Assembly: GCA_034667725.1 (NCBI GenBank)
Contig: JAXDQS010000003.1
Coordinates: 128,001 to 192,000 of the forward strand
DNA: 64,000 nucleotides
Origin: Thermoplasmata archaeon
GTDB taxonomy: Archaea > Thermoplasmatota > E2 > JACPAO01 > JAHFTW01
Direction: 5' to 3'
The notes beneath the pieces were generated by a model. The model did no database searches and was not told the origin of the DNA. It saw only the letters and a program-made list of their open reading frames with translations. Position 1 is the stretch's first letter. The number at the start of each line of letters is the position of its first letter. Both the position numbers and the translations under genes were made by a program. Below are positions 39,666 through 48,432 of the stretch, in pieces.

Positions 39666-39680
39666 GGTTGCACCTGTGCA
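39666..39680. promoter_or_regulatory. GGTTGCACCTGTGC, copy 1 (contains palindrome TTGCAC-N2-GTGCAA)
   Basis: Identical 14-mer at 40623-40636; lies ~30 bp upstream of the HTH_10 gene. Confidence 0.5.
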
Positions 39681-39684
39681 AGCC

Positions 39685-40215
39685 CTAAGCCGGCGGCGCC
39701 TGCTCGCTCAAGGCCGCCAAGTTGTCGAGGCTCTGGCTCCAGCCGTAGGGGGCGCCCTCGGCTGCGGGGCCTTTCGGGATTCCAGATTGGACGATGGTGA
39801 CCTCGGTGCCGCCCGCGACCGGCTTGAGGTCGATGGTGACGGTCATCTCGCCCTCGCCGAAGGCGGGGTCCTCGAAGCAGTCGGTGTGGACGATGCGCTT
39901 GCCGGGGACGAGCTCCTTGTAGGCGCCGCCGAAGAAGTGGGTGAACTTGCGGTCGAGGGTGCTGAAGCTCATGCGGAACGTGCCGCCGACCTTGGGCTCC
40001 ATCTTGTGGACGTGGCCGGTGAAGCCGTGCGGCGGCAGCCACTTGGCGTAGGCGTCGGGGTCGACGAAGCAGGCGTAGACCCGGTCGGCGGGCGCCTTGA
40101 GGACGCGCACGAGGCGCAGCGTCGTGGTGCCGTCGGCGGCGTGCGTCACGGTGGCGTGGGTGGCGCCGAGGGTCAGGGTCTTGCTGTCGGGCTTGCTGGT
40201 GGTGGTCTTGGTCAT
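39685..40215 (-). CDS. SRPBCC (AHSA1/START-like) domain protein
   Basis: RVLKAPADRVY, WLPPHGF, VGGTFRMSF, YKELVPGKRIVHT, GWSQSLDNL. Confidence 0.9.
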   Translation of the reverse strand: MTKTTTSKPDSKTLTLGATHATVTHAADGTTTLRLVRVLKAPADRVYACFVDPDAYAKWLPPHGFTGHVHKMEPKVGGTFRMSFSTLDRKFTHFFGGAYKELVPGKRIVHTDCFEDPAFGEGEMTVTIDLKPVAGGTEVTIVQSGIPKGPAAEGAPYGWSQSLDNLAALSEQAPPA

Positions 40216-40219
40216 GGGT

Positions 40220-40579
40220 TCACTTCTTTCGGTGGGGTTTGGCGGGCTTCTCCAGGTGGCGGGCCATGGCGTCCAGGGCGTCCTCCCAGAACAGCCGGTA
40301 CTGGACAAGCCAGCCGAAGGCGGACGACAGCGGCGCGGCCTGCAGGTTGCAGCGCCGCACGCGGCCGTCCGGCGTCTGCCGCAGCAGCCCGGCCTGCTCG
40401 AGCACCCGCAGGTGCTTCGAGATGGCCGGCGGCGAGACGGCGTGCGGGGCGGCGAGGTCGCCGACCGTGCATTCCCCCTCGGCCAACTGCGCCAGCATGG
40501 CGCGGCGAATGGGGTGGGCAAGGGCCGCGAACACCGCGTCCAGGTCCACGCCGCCATTCTTCACCATCGGGTTAACCAT
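40220..40579 (-). CDS. ArsR/SmtB-family regulator
   Basis: LDAVFAALAHPIRR, AISKHLRVLEQAGL, FWEDALD. Confidence 0.92.
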   Translation of the reverse strand: MVNPMVKNGGVDLDAVFAALAHPIRRAMLAQLAEGECTVGDLAAPHAVSPPAISKHLRVLEQAGLLRQTPDGRVRRCNLQAAPLSSAFGWLVQYRLFWEDALDAMARHLEKPAKPHRKK

Positions 40580-40610
40580 AGGCGCCCCCATCATTTAACC
40601 ATTTGGTGAA
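40560..40610. promoter_or_regulatory. Two imperfect TT(A/C)ACC-N4-GGT(T/G)AA palindromes, likely ArsR autoregulatory operators
   Basis: TTCACCATCGGGTTAA (40560-40575) and TTAACCATTTGGTGAA (40595-40610) overlap the start and promoter of the ArsR gene. Confidence 0.6.
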
Positions 40611-40622
40611 CAATCCCTCGTG

Positions 40623-40636
40623 GGTTGCACCTGTGC
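40623..40636. promoter_or_regulatory. GGTTGCACCTGTGC, copy 2
   Basis: Direct repeat of 39666-39679; just upstream of the CTTATC box before purS. Confidence 0.5.
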
Positions 40637-40685
40637 GAAGCATGGCTCTTATCGCCTGCCCGGCTCGGTGGCCCCGAGGCCCTCC

Positions 40686-40931
40686 ATGGTCACCGCCCAA
40701 GTCACAGTCCACCTCAAGCCCGGCATCTCCGACCCGGAGGGCAAGAACACCGAGAAGGCGCTCCAGCTCCTGGGCTTCGACGGCGTCAAGGGCGTGCACA
40801 CCACGCGCGTCTGGAACATCGAGCTCGCCACCAAGTCGAAGGACAAGGCCAAGGCGGACGTCGAGCGGATGTGCCGCCGGCTCCTGACCAACCCGGTGAT
40901 CCACGACTTCAGCATCAAGGTCCTGGACTGA
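40686..40931 (+). CDS. purS: FGAM synthase subunit PurS
   Basis: LKPGISDPEG, MCRRLLTNPVI. Confidence 0.95.
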   Translation: MVTAQVTVHLKPGISDPEGKNTEKALQLLGFDGVKGVHTTRVWNIELATKSKDKAKADVERMCRRLLTNPVIHDFSIKVLD

Positions 40932-40936
40932 TCGCG

Positions 40937-43705
40937 ATGCACTCGGCCAGCAAGTCGCAGCGCAAGAACGCCAAGATCGTCAAGAACGCCGACCGGGACG
41001 AGCGGGAGGGGCGGCACAAGGTCATCGGGAAGGGCAAGGACCGCGCGCCCAAGGCCATCGCGGGCGCCCGCAAGGGCAACCGCAAGCTCGCGAGAGTGGT
41101 CTCGCGCGCCCAGAAGAAGCTCGACACCGACATCGCGCGCGCCAAGACCGCGGTCGCCAAGGCCCGCAAGGACTTGCACCGCCACGCCGGCGGCTCGGTG
41201 CTCCACCAGCGTGAAGCCGGCCCCGCGGCGCCCGCCATGGTGAGCCCCGCCGACCGCATCATCCATCGCCTATTGACCAAGGCCGCCCCCGAGGCCGCGG
41301 CCGCGACCGGCCCGTCGTGGGAGCGCCACGTCCACAAGGCCGACGTCGGCTTCCCCCTCAAGACCTTCAGCCTCGCCCGCATGACCGACGACGAGCTGAC
41401 GGCGTGCAGCAAGGCGCTCGGCATCCGCCTGTCGCTCGCCGAGATGAAGGCGGCGCGCGACTACTTCGCCGGCAAGGGCCGCGACCCCACCGACGTCGAG
41501 ATGGAGGCGCTCGGCCAGGCCTGGTCCGAGCACTGCTGCTACAAGTCCTCCAAGCCGGTGCTGAAGCGCAACGTCTACGGCATCGCGGAGGACAAGATCG
41601 TCTGCCGCGAGGACGCGGGCGTGCTGCCGTTCGACGGCGACTGGTACTACTCGCCCAAGCTGGAGTCGCACAACCACCCCTCGGCCATCGAGCCCTACGG
41701 CGGCGCCGCGACCGGCATCGGCGGCGTCATCCGCGACGTGGTCTGCATGGGCGCCCAGCCGGTCGCCCTGATCGACCCGCTGTTCTTCGGCCCGCTCGAC
41801 ACGCCGCTGGAGTCGCTCCCCGCCGGCGTCAAGCACCCGAGCTTCCTCCTGTCCGGCGTCACCGCGGGCATCCGCGACTACGGCAACCGCGTCGGCATCC
41901 CCACGGTCGCGGGCGGCGTCACGTTCCACCCCGGCTACACCGGCAACTGCCTCGTCAACGTCGGCTGCGTCGGCGTGCTCCGGAAGGACCACCTGACGCA
42001 CTCGAAGGCCGGCGGCGTCGGCGACGTCTTCGTCTACCTCGGCAACCCGACCGGCCGCGACGGCATCCATGGTGTTGCGTTCGCGTCCGAGGAGCTGTCC
42101 GAGGCCTCCGAGGAGGCCAGCCGCTCGGCCGTCCAGGTCGGCGACGCCATCCTCAAGGAGCCGCTCATCCACGTCACGCTGGAGCTGATCGAGAAGGGCC
42201 TCGTCACCGGCTGCAAGGACTTCGGCGGCGGCGGCCTGTCGTGCGTCGCGGGCGAGCTGGCCTACGACGCCGGCTTCGGCTGCGAAATCCTGCTGGACGC
42301 CGTCCCCACCAAGGTCCCCGGCATGGCGCCGTGGGAGATCTGGGTCAGCGAGTCGCAGGAGCGCATGATGGTCACCTGCAAGATCGCCCAGGCCGAGAAG
42401 GTGCTCCAGGTGGCGCGCAAGTGGGACGTGCCCGCCGCCGTCGTGGGCAAGGTCATCAAGGAGAAGGTCAACCGCGTCCTCTACCACCACACCAAGGTCC
42501 TCGAGTTCGACCTGAGCTTCAGCACCGGCGGCCCCGTCTACGACCGCCCGATGCAGCCCCGCGCCATCGACCGCAAGTCCACGCTTTCGTTCAAGGAGCC
42601 CAAGGACCTGTCCGAAGTCCTCCTGGCCTTGATGGCGCACCCCAATGTCATGTCGAAGGAGCACATCGTCCGCCAGTACGACCACGAGGTGCGCGCCAAC
42701 ACGGTCCTCAAGCCGTTCCAGGGCGTCATGGGCCACGAAGGCCCCGGCGACGCCGCCGTCCTCAAGCCCGTCGCCGAGTCGAACAAGGGCCTCGCCCTCA
42801 GCTGCGACGTGAATCCCAACTACTGCGTCCGCGACCCCTACTGGGGCGCCGCCTCCGCCGTCGACGAGACCGTGCGCAACCTCGCCGCCGTCGGCGCCCG
42901 CATCAGCTCGATGTGCGACAACCTCAACTTCGGCAACCCCGAGAAGCCGGAACGCATGTGGGAACTGAGCGAGTCCACCCGCGGCCTCGGCGACATGGCC
43001 CGCGTCCTCGACGTCCCCTACTCGTCGGGCAACGTCAGCCTCTACAATGAAGGCCCCAGCGGCCCGATCCCGCCGACCCCGACGGTCATGGGCATCGGCA
43101 TCCTGAGCCACTACGCCCACGCCACCACCATGGACCTCAAGGAGGCCGGCAACCCGCTGTTCCTGCTGGGGCACACCTTCCGCGACCTGGGCGGCAGCAT
43201 CTACCTGGAGCACCTCGGGCTGGAGGGCGAGCGCGTCCCCCAGAGCGACCCAGAGTTGCTGAAAGTCCTTGCCGAGAAGCTGGTGTCCGCCATCGAGAAA
43301 GGCCTGGTGCGCGCGGCCCACGACTGCTCCGAGGGCGGCATCGCCGTGACCCTCGCCGAGATGGCGTTCGCCGGCAAGATGGGCGCCAAGGCCGACCTCG
43401 CCCCCATCGGCGGCTTCGGCGACGAGACCGACTTCGCCCCGGGCCCGATGCGCAGCGACCACAAGCTGTTCAGCGAGAGCAACAGCCGCTGGATCGTCGA
43501 GGTCCCCGCCGCGAAGGCCAAGGAGTTCCACAAGCACTTCGACACGCCGCTCGTGCGCAAGTGCGTCTACCCGCTCGGCGAAGTGACCGACGACGGCCGC
43601 GTCGCCATCGTGGACGGCCGCAAGAAGCTCGTGGACCTGGAGGCAGAGGCGTGCCGCGAGGCGTGGCGCACCGCGCTGCCCAGGCTGCTGGGGGTGCCGG
43701 CTTGA
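40937..43705 (+). CDS. purL: FGAM synthase subunit PurL with basic N-terminal extension
   Basis: WSEHCCYKS, ESHNHPS, GRDGIHG, SESQERM, SGNVSLYN, HDCSEGG. Confidence 0.96.
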   Translation: MHSASKSQRKNAKIVKNADRDEREGRHKVIGKGKDRAPKAIAGARKGNRKLARVVSRAQKKLDTDIARAKTAVAKARKDLHRHAGGSVLHQREAGPAAPAMVSPADRIIHRLLTKAAPEAAAATGPSWERHVHKADVGFPLKTFSLARMTDDELTACSKALGIRLSLAEMKAARDYFAGKGRDPTDVEMEALGQAWSEHCCYKSSKPVLKRNVYGIAEDKIVCREDAGVLPFDGDWYYSPKLESHNHPSAIEPYGGAATGIGGVIRDVVCMGAQPVALIDPLFFGPLDTPLESLPAGVKHPSFLLSGVTAGIRDYGNRVGIPTVAGGVTFHPGYTGNCLVNVGCVGVLRKDHLTHSKAGGVGDVFVYLGNPTGRDGIHGVAFASEELSEASEEASRSAVQVGDAILKEPLIHVTLELIEKGLVTGCKDFGGGGLSCVAGELAYDAGFGCEILLDAVPTKVPGMAPWEIWVSESQERMMVTCKIAQAEKVLQVARKWDVPAAVVGKVIKEKVNRVLYHHTKVLEFDLSFSTGGPVYDRPMQPRAIDRKSTLSFKEPKDLSEVLLALMAHPNVMSKEHIVRQYDHEVRANTVLKPFQGVMGHEGPGDAAVLKPVAESNKGLALSCDVNPNYCVRDPYWGAASAVDETVRNLAAVGARISSMCDNLNFGNPEKPERMWELSESTRGLGDMARVLDVPYSSGNVSLYNEGPSGPIPPTPTVMGIGILSHYAHATTMDLKEAGNPLFLLGHTFRDLGGSIYLEHLGLEGERVPQSDPELLKVLAEKLVSAIEKGLVRAAHDCSEGGIAVTLAEMAFAGKMGAKADLAPIGGFGDETDFAPGPMRSDHKLFSESNSRWIVEVPAAKAKEFHKHFDTPLVRKCVYPLGEVTDDGRVAIVDGRKKLVDLEAEACREAWRTALPRLLGVPA

Positions 43706-43716
43706 CGCCGCACCCG

Positions 43717-43778
43717 ACCACGGATTCCACGGATTGCACGGAACGGACATGGTCCGTGGAATCCGTGCAATCCGTGGT
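43717..43778. repeat. REP-like palindrome built from CACGGATT(C/G) 9-mers
   Basis: 26-bp arms (43717-43742 / 43753-43778), 24/26 complementary. Confidence 0.85.
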
Positions 43779-43798
43779 TGTCATGGAGGTGGCGTAGG

Positions 43799-44644
43799 AT
43801 GCGCAAGAGCGACATCAAGTGGGCCGTGCTGCGCATCGAGGGCACCAACTCGGAGGACGAGTCGGCCGCCTGCATGCGCGAGGTCGGCGTCCAAGCAGAG
43901 ATCGTCCACCTCAAGCAGTTCACCGGCGACGACGTCACCAAGGCCGAGCGGCGCAACCTTGCCGACTACGACGGCCTGTGGATCGCGGGCGGCTTCTCCG
44001 CGGGCGACTACATCCGCGCCGGCGCGATCCTGGCGGCCCGCATGAAGAGCCGGCTGGCCCCCGACCTCAAGGAGTTCATCAAGGCCGGCAAGCCGATGCT
44101 GGGCGTCTGCAACGGGTTCCAGATCATGGTCGAGCTGGGCGTGCTGCCCAACCTGGACGGCAAGCCGATGACCGACACGCCGACGGCGGTCCTGCACCTC
44201 AACGACTCGGGCCACTACGAGTGCCGCCCAAGCCTGCTCCGGCACGTCAACGCGGGCACCTGCAAGTTCACCGCCAGCATCCCCAAGGGCGAAGTCCGCA
44301 CCGTCATCACGAGCCACGCCGAGGGCAAGTTCCTGCTCGCTTCCAAGGAGGACTACAAGCGCCTCGCGGACCAGGACCAGGTCGTGTTCCAGTACACCGA
44401 CCCCGACGGCTCCAAGGCCCCGAAGTATCCCTGGCTGCCCAACGGCGCGCCGCACGCCATCGCGGGCATCTGCAACCCGGACGGCACCGTGTTCGGCATG
44501 ATGCCCCACCCGGAGCGCGTGTTCTGGCGCCGCAACCACCCCGACTGGACCCGCACCGGCCTCGACGCCGGCCTGGGCTTCGACGTGGGCGACGGCCGCG
44601 CGGTGTTCGAGAGCATCGTGGACTACCAGGTGAAGAAGCTGTGA
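43799..44644 (+). CDS. purQ: FGAM synthase glutaminase subunit PurQ
   Basis: GGFSAGDY, GVCNGFQ, HAEG, MMPHPER; SD GGAGGTG. Confidence 0.96.
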   Translation: MRKSDIKWAVLRIEGTNSEDESAACMREVGVQAEIVHLKQFTGDDVTKAERRNLADYDGLWIAGGFSAGDYIRAGAILAARMKSRLAPDLKEFIKAGKPMLGVCNGFQIMVELGVLPNLDGKPMTDTPTAVLHLNDSGHYECRPSLLRHVNAGTCKFTASIPKGEVRTVITSHAEGKFLLASKEDYKRLADQDQVVFQYTDPDGSKAPKYPWLPNGAPHAIAGICNPDGTVFGMMPHPERVFWRRNHPDWTRTGLDAGLGFDVGDGRAVFESIVDYQVKKL

Positions 44645-45027
44645 CGACGGCCGCGGCTTGGCGGCGCCCCGCGCTCCAACCCTACTACTTCGGGCTCGCT
44701 TGCCTCCTGGTCCTGGCCATCGTCGTGCAGGTCTACCTCGCGGGCCTCACGGTGCTCTACGAGTACGACACCTACGCCCCGGCCCACCGCGGGCTGTCGC
44801 ACGTGCTGGAGCTGGCGCCGATCTTGCTAGTCGTGCTGGGCCTCGTCGGCGGCGCCCCAAAGCCCGTCACCTGGGCTCCGCTCGGCCTGGTGGTCCTGGT
44901 GGGCCTGCAGCACGCCACCATCGCGGCGGTCGGCAGCCCCCTCCGGGCCCTGCACGCCGTGAACGCGCTGCTGATCCTCGCGGCCGCCGCCTGGCTTGCC
45001 TACGCCTCGCGTCCCACTCGGGCGTAG
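44641..45027 (+). CDS. Small 4-TM membrane protein (DUF6220-like)
   Basis: VQVYLAGL, H, ALHAVNAL; GTGA overlap with purQ. Confidence 0.7.
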   Translation: MTTAAAWRRPALQPYYFGLACLLVLAIVVQVYLAGLTVLYEYDTYAPAHRGLSHVLELAPILLVVLGLVGGAPKPVTWAPLGLVVLVGLQHATIAAVGSPLRALHAVNALLILAAAAWLAYASRPTRA

Positions 45028-45100
45028 GACGGGCCTCGGCCTGCCCGAATCCGGCGTGCCCTGGCGGAGGGCCAAATCGGGGGCGCGCATGGCTTGGGGC

Positions 45101-45445
45101 ATGGGAGCCCTGCTGCTTGCCCAGAAGCCGACGCCCGCCACCCCGACCGCCCCCCGCCGCAACAAGGTGCTGGTGCCCGTGCGCTACAGCGCCTGGCTGG
45201 CCGGCGACCTCGGGCGCACCCTGGAGGCCACCCTCCTCGGCGCCTTGCACGACCTGAAGGAGCCGACGGTCACCCGGATGCCGCGCGCCTTCGTGGTCGA
45301 GGCCGCCGAGGAGCCCGGCCCGATGCTGGAGGCGGTCCACCGCGCCGTCCAGGACCTGGAGCGCGCCGTGCAGCAGCGCTACCCGGTGTTCCATCACCAG
45401 CTCGGCCCGGTGTGGGCGGGGACGTTGCAGGCCGTGTTCGCGTAG
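45101..45445 (+). CDS. Hypothetical protein
   Basis: GC3-rich ORF filling the gap; start could be 45089. Confidence 0.55.
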   Translation: MGALLLAQKPTPATPTAPRRNKVLVPVRYSAWLAGDLGRTLEATLLGALHDLKEPTVTRMPRAFVVEAAEEPGPMLEAVHRAVQDLERAVQQRYPVFHHQLGPVWAGTLQAVFA

Positions 45446-45475
45446 GTCCAAGACGGCCGCCCGCCTGCGGCGCCC

Positions 45476-46081
45476 GTGGAGCCCACCCCGCTCTACTTCA
45501 CCTACCCGTCGCCGTTCTGCTACCTCGCCTGGCAGCGGACCCGCCTGCGGCCCGAGCGCTACGCCAACGTCCGGCTGTCCTGGACCCCGATCCTGTTCCG
45601 CCGCCTCATGGCCCTGACGGGCGGCGCCGCCGGCGGGTCGCCGCCGTTGCAGCTCAAGTACGCCTACGCGGACGCCGAGCGCTGGGCCAAGGCCTACGGC
45701 GTGCCGTTCGCCAACTTCGACCGCAGCGCCCCCGCCGACCAGACGGCGCACAAGGTCCACCTGCTTGCCCAAGACGCCGGCGGCGGCTGGGAGGCCCGGT
45801 GGCTCCAGGCCGCCTTCACGGCCGGCCGCATCGAAGGCCGCGACCTGACCGACGCGACCGTCGTGCAGGCGTTGGCCCGCCAGGCCGGCGTGCCTGGGCT
45901 CGCGCGCCTGGGCGAGCCGGAGCTGGACGCCCGGCTGGAGGCGAACACGCAGCGGGCGATGCGCGACGGCGTGTGCGGCGTGCCGTTCCTGCGCCACGGC
46001 GGCGAGGCCTACTGGGGCAACGACCGCCTGAGCTGGCTCGAGGCCCGGCTGGCGGGCAAGCCGCACCCGGAGGCGCTGTGA
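45476..46081 (+). CDS. DsbA-family / HCCA isomerase (GST kappa-like) protein 1
   Basis: YFTYPSPFCYL, GVCGVPF, YWGNDRL. Confidence 0.88.
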   Translation: MEPTPLYFTYPSPFCYLAWQRTRLRPERYANVRLSWTPILFRRLMALTGGAAGGSPPLQLKYAYADAERWAKAYGVPFANFDRSAPADQTAHKVHLLAQDAGGGWEARWLQAAFTAGRIEGRDLTDATVVQALARQAGVPGLARLGEPELDARLEANTQRAMRDGVCGVPFLRHGGEAYWGNDRLSWLEARLAGKPHPEAL

Positions 46082-46677
46082 TGCAGGTCCATCTCTACTT
46101 CGCCTACGGCAGCAGCTACAGCTACCTCGCCTGGGCACGCATCACGAAGGCGCTGGCGAAGCGCTGGGACGGCGTCGAGGTGCTGTGGAAGCCGGTGCGC
46201 TTCGCCCGCCTCATGGAGCTGCAAGGCCACGACGGCACCGGCCCCAGCAACGAAGGCCCCTACGCGCGGCGCGACACGGCGCGGTGGGCGCTGGCCTACG
46301 ACGTGCCGATGCGCTACCCGCCCAGCTACCCCATCGACTCGTCCGACGCCGCCCGCGCCCACCTCCTGGCCGAGATGGAGGGGCCCGCCAAGGAGGCGGC
46401 CTGGCTGGCGGCCTGCATGGCGGCCCATTGGGAGCAAGGCCGCGACATCAGCGACCCCGCCGTGCTGGAAGACTTGGCGCGCGAGGCCGGCCTGCCGCCG
46501 CTCGGCCCGCGCCTGCGGTCGGAAGGCATCGAGAAGCTCCTGGAGGCCAACACGCAGGAGGCGGTCGCCGCCGGCGCGCCCGGCGTGCCGTTCGCCGTCC
46601 TGGAAGGCGAAGGGTTCTGGGGCAACGACCGGCTCGACTGGGTCGAGGCCATGGTCGAGGCGATGCGGGGCGGGTAG
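46081..46677 (+). CDS. DsbA-family / HCCA isomerase (GST kappa-like) protein 2
   Basis: YFAYGSSYSYL, GAPGVPF, FWGNDRL; TGATG overlap. Confidence 0.88.
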   Translation: MQVHLYFAYGSSYSYLAWARITKALAKRWDGVEVLWKPVRFARLMELQGHDGTGPSNEGPYARRDTARWALAYDVPMRYPPSYPIDSSDAARAHLLAEMEGPAKEAAWLAACMAAHWEQGRDISDPAVLEDLAREAGLPPLGPRLRSEGIEKLLEANTQEAVAAGAPGVPFAVLEGEGFWGNDRLDWVEAMVEAMRGG

Positions 46678-46830
46678 GGTCGCGCGGCAGCGCGCGCCGA
46701 AGGCGAAGCCGAGGCGGCCGGTGGGTCACGCCCGGAGGGCCGTGACCCGCCAGGGGGTCCAAGGGGCGAAGCCCCTTGTGCGGGCAACGACCGGCTCGAC
46801 TGGGTCGAAGCCATGGTCGAGGCGATGCGG
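46620..46830. mobile_element. 113-bp hairpin insert flanked by a 49-bp direct duplication of the gene 3' end
   Basis: 46620-46668 vs 46782-46830, 48/49 identical. Confidence 0.65.
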
Positions 46831-46850
46831 ACGCCCTGAGGGGCCCCCGG

Positions 46851-46952
46851 TCAGCTCCTGATCAGCGCCGCCAAGGCCGTGAGGGCCAGCAGGCCGACCA
46901 TGATCAGCACGAGGATGCGGGCGCGGCGCACGCGGCGGTCTTCTTCCTTCAC
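46851..46952 (-). CDS. Putative 33-aa single-TM microprotein
   Basis: GTG start, VKEEDRRVRRARILVLIMVGLLALTALAALIRS; too short for the supplied ORF track. Confidence 0.4.
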   Translation of the reverse strand: MKEEDRRVRRARILVLIMVGLLALTALAALIRS

Positions 46953-47041
46953 GCTGGGCCGACTTGGGGCGCGGCGTCATGGCCCTTGCGGTTCCTGCGC
47001 AAGGCGGCTCCTTGAAATATCGAACGCCATTGACGAAAACC

Positions 47042-47701
47042 ATGGCCTCCTGGATGGACAACGAGTCCATGTTTCGGTTCCTGCACATCCTGTCCGGCAT
47101 TGTCTGGATCGGGATGCTGTACTTCTTCAACCTCGTGAACCTGCCTCTGTTGAAGTTCCCCTTGACCCGCCCGGTGGCGGCCAAGATGGACGAGAAGGTG
47201 AACCTGCACGTCGTCACCAAGACGCTGTTCTGGTTCCGCTGGGGGGCCGCCTTCACGCTGCTGTTCGGCCTCATCCTCCTGGAGATCGAGCGCCAGACCT
47301 TCCCCGGCGGCTTGAAGGGCTACTTCCTGGAGAACGGGATGCAGGGCCACGCCATCCTGATGGGCGGCCTGTTCGCGCTCGTGATGTTCTTCAACGTCTG
47401 GTTCGTCATCTGGCCCCGCCAGAAGAAGATCCTCGCCAACAACCTCCGCCTGGCCGGCACCGTCACCGACGAGGAGAAGGCCCGCCTGGCCGCCGAGAAC
47501 GCGCCGCTCGTGAAGACCGCGACCCTGGCGTCGCGCACCAACACCTGGCTCTCGGTCCCCATGCTCTGGGGCATGGTCATGGGCGCCCACGGCTACCCCG
47601 TCGGCAACGACCTGCGCTCCTGGCTCATCCCCATCCTCATCCTGGCGGCCGTGCTGCTGATGATGGCGGCCTACGCCAACCAGAAGCCGAAGAAGGCATA
47701 G
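47042..47701 (+). CDS. PuuD-like (urate oxidase N-terminal type) membrane protein
   Basis: RFLHILSGIVWIG.LYFFN, WFRWGA, NVWFVIWP.QKK, SRTNTWLSVPML. Confidence 0.82.
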   Translation: MASWMDNESMFRFLHILSGIVWIGMLYFFNLVNLPLLKFPLTRPVAAKMDEKVNLHVVTKTLFWFRWGAAFTLLFGLILLEIERQTFPGGLKGYFLENGMQGHAILMGGLFALVMFFNVWFVIWPRQKKILANNLRLAGTVTDEEKARLAAENAPLVKTATLASRTNTWLSVPMLWGMVMGAHGYPVGNDLRSWLIPILILAAVLLMMAAYANQKPKKA

Positions 47702-47703
47702 CC

Positions 47704-48432
47704 CTAGGACGCGGGGGCGGCGGCCAGCACCTGCCAGCCGGCCCGCCGCGCCCGCCGCTTGAGGCGGCCGCGCGGGTTGACGGCGACGGCGTGGCCGACC
47801 GCCTCCAGCATGTGCTTGTCCGACCAGTGGTCCGAGTAGGCCCAGCAGTCCGCGAGCCGGATGCCCTTGGCGCGCGCGTAGGCGTGCATGATGTTCGCCT
47901 TGTCGAGGCCAAAAAGCGGGCCGTCGACGCGGCCGGTGAGCCGGTCCTTGCGCTCCCGCAGCCGGCAGCCGATGACCTCGATGGCGGGATCGACGGTGTG
48001 CACGACGCGGCGGATGAGGTCCTCCATGCCGGTGGTGACGACGACGCAGTCGCGGCCGGCGGCGCGGTGGGCCCGCAGCTCCCGGACCATGCTGGGCAGC
48101 AGGCGGGGCACGAGCGCCTCGTGGGCGAACTCCTCCATGAGTCCGTAGAACTCGCTGGCGGGGACGCCGCGCAGGCCCTTGTAGGCGGCGCGCAGCAGGC
48201 TGCTGCGGCGGCGGGCATGGACCTTGTAGAGCGCCGCCTGGAAGCCCATCCCGGTGAGGTAGGGCACGTAGCGCAGCCAGAGGCGGAAGCGGCGCCAGAA
48301 GTGGCCGGCGAGCTGGCGGCGGCGCCAGAAGAACAGGTAGAGCCCGAACAGCGGGCCGGCGTCGCCGTGGATGAGGGTGTTGTCGAAGTCGAAGAAGGCG
48401 ATGCCTGGGCCGGCGGGGCGCGGCGCCGTCAC
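47704..48432 (-). CDS. HAD-IB family hydrolase
   Basis: FFDFDNTL, motif-III Lys, AYSD..SD..ML, AVNP. Confidence 0.9.
   Translation of the reverse strand: MTAPRPAGPGIAFFDFDNTLIHGDAGPLFGLYLFFWRRRQLAGHFWRRFRLWLRYVPYLTGMGFQAALYKVHARRRSSLLRAAYKGLRGVPASEFYGLMEEFAHEALVPRLLPSMVRELRAHRAAGRDCVVVTTGMEDLIRRVVHTVDPAIEVIGCRLRERKDRLTGRVDGPLFGLDKANIMHAYARAKGIRLADCWAYSDHWSDKHMLEAVGHAVAVNPRGRLKRRARRAGWQVLAAAPAS

Noticed and set aside
46620-46830. Diversity-generating retroelement VR/TR pair
   Set aside because: Only one synonymous mismatch, the AAC codon is unchanged, the repeat is short, the target is not a lectin- or Ig-type protein and no reverse transcriptase is present.
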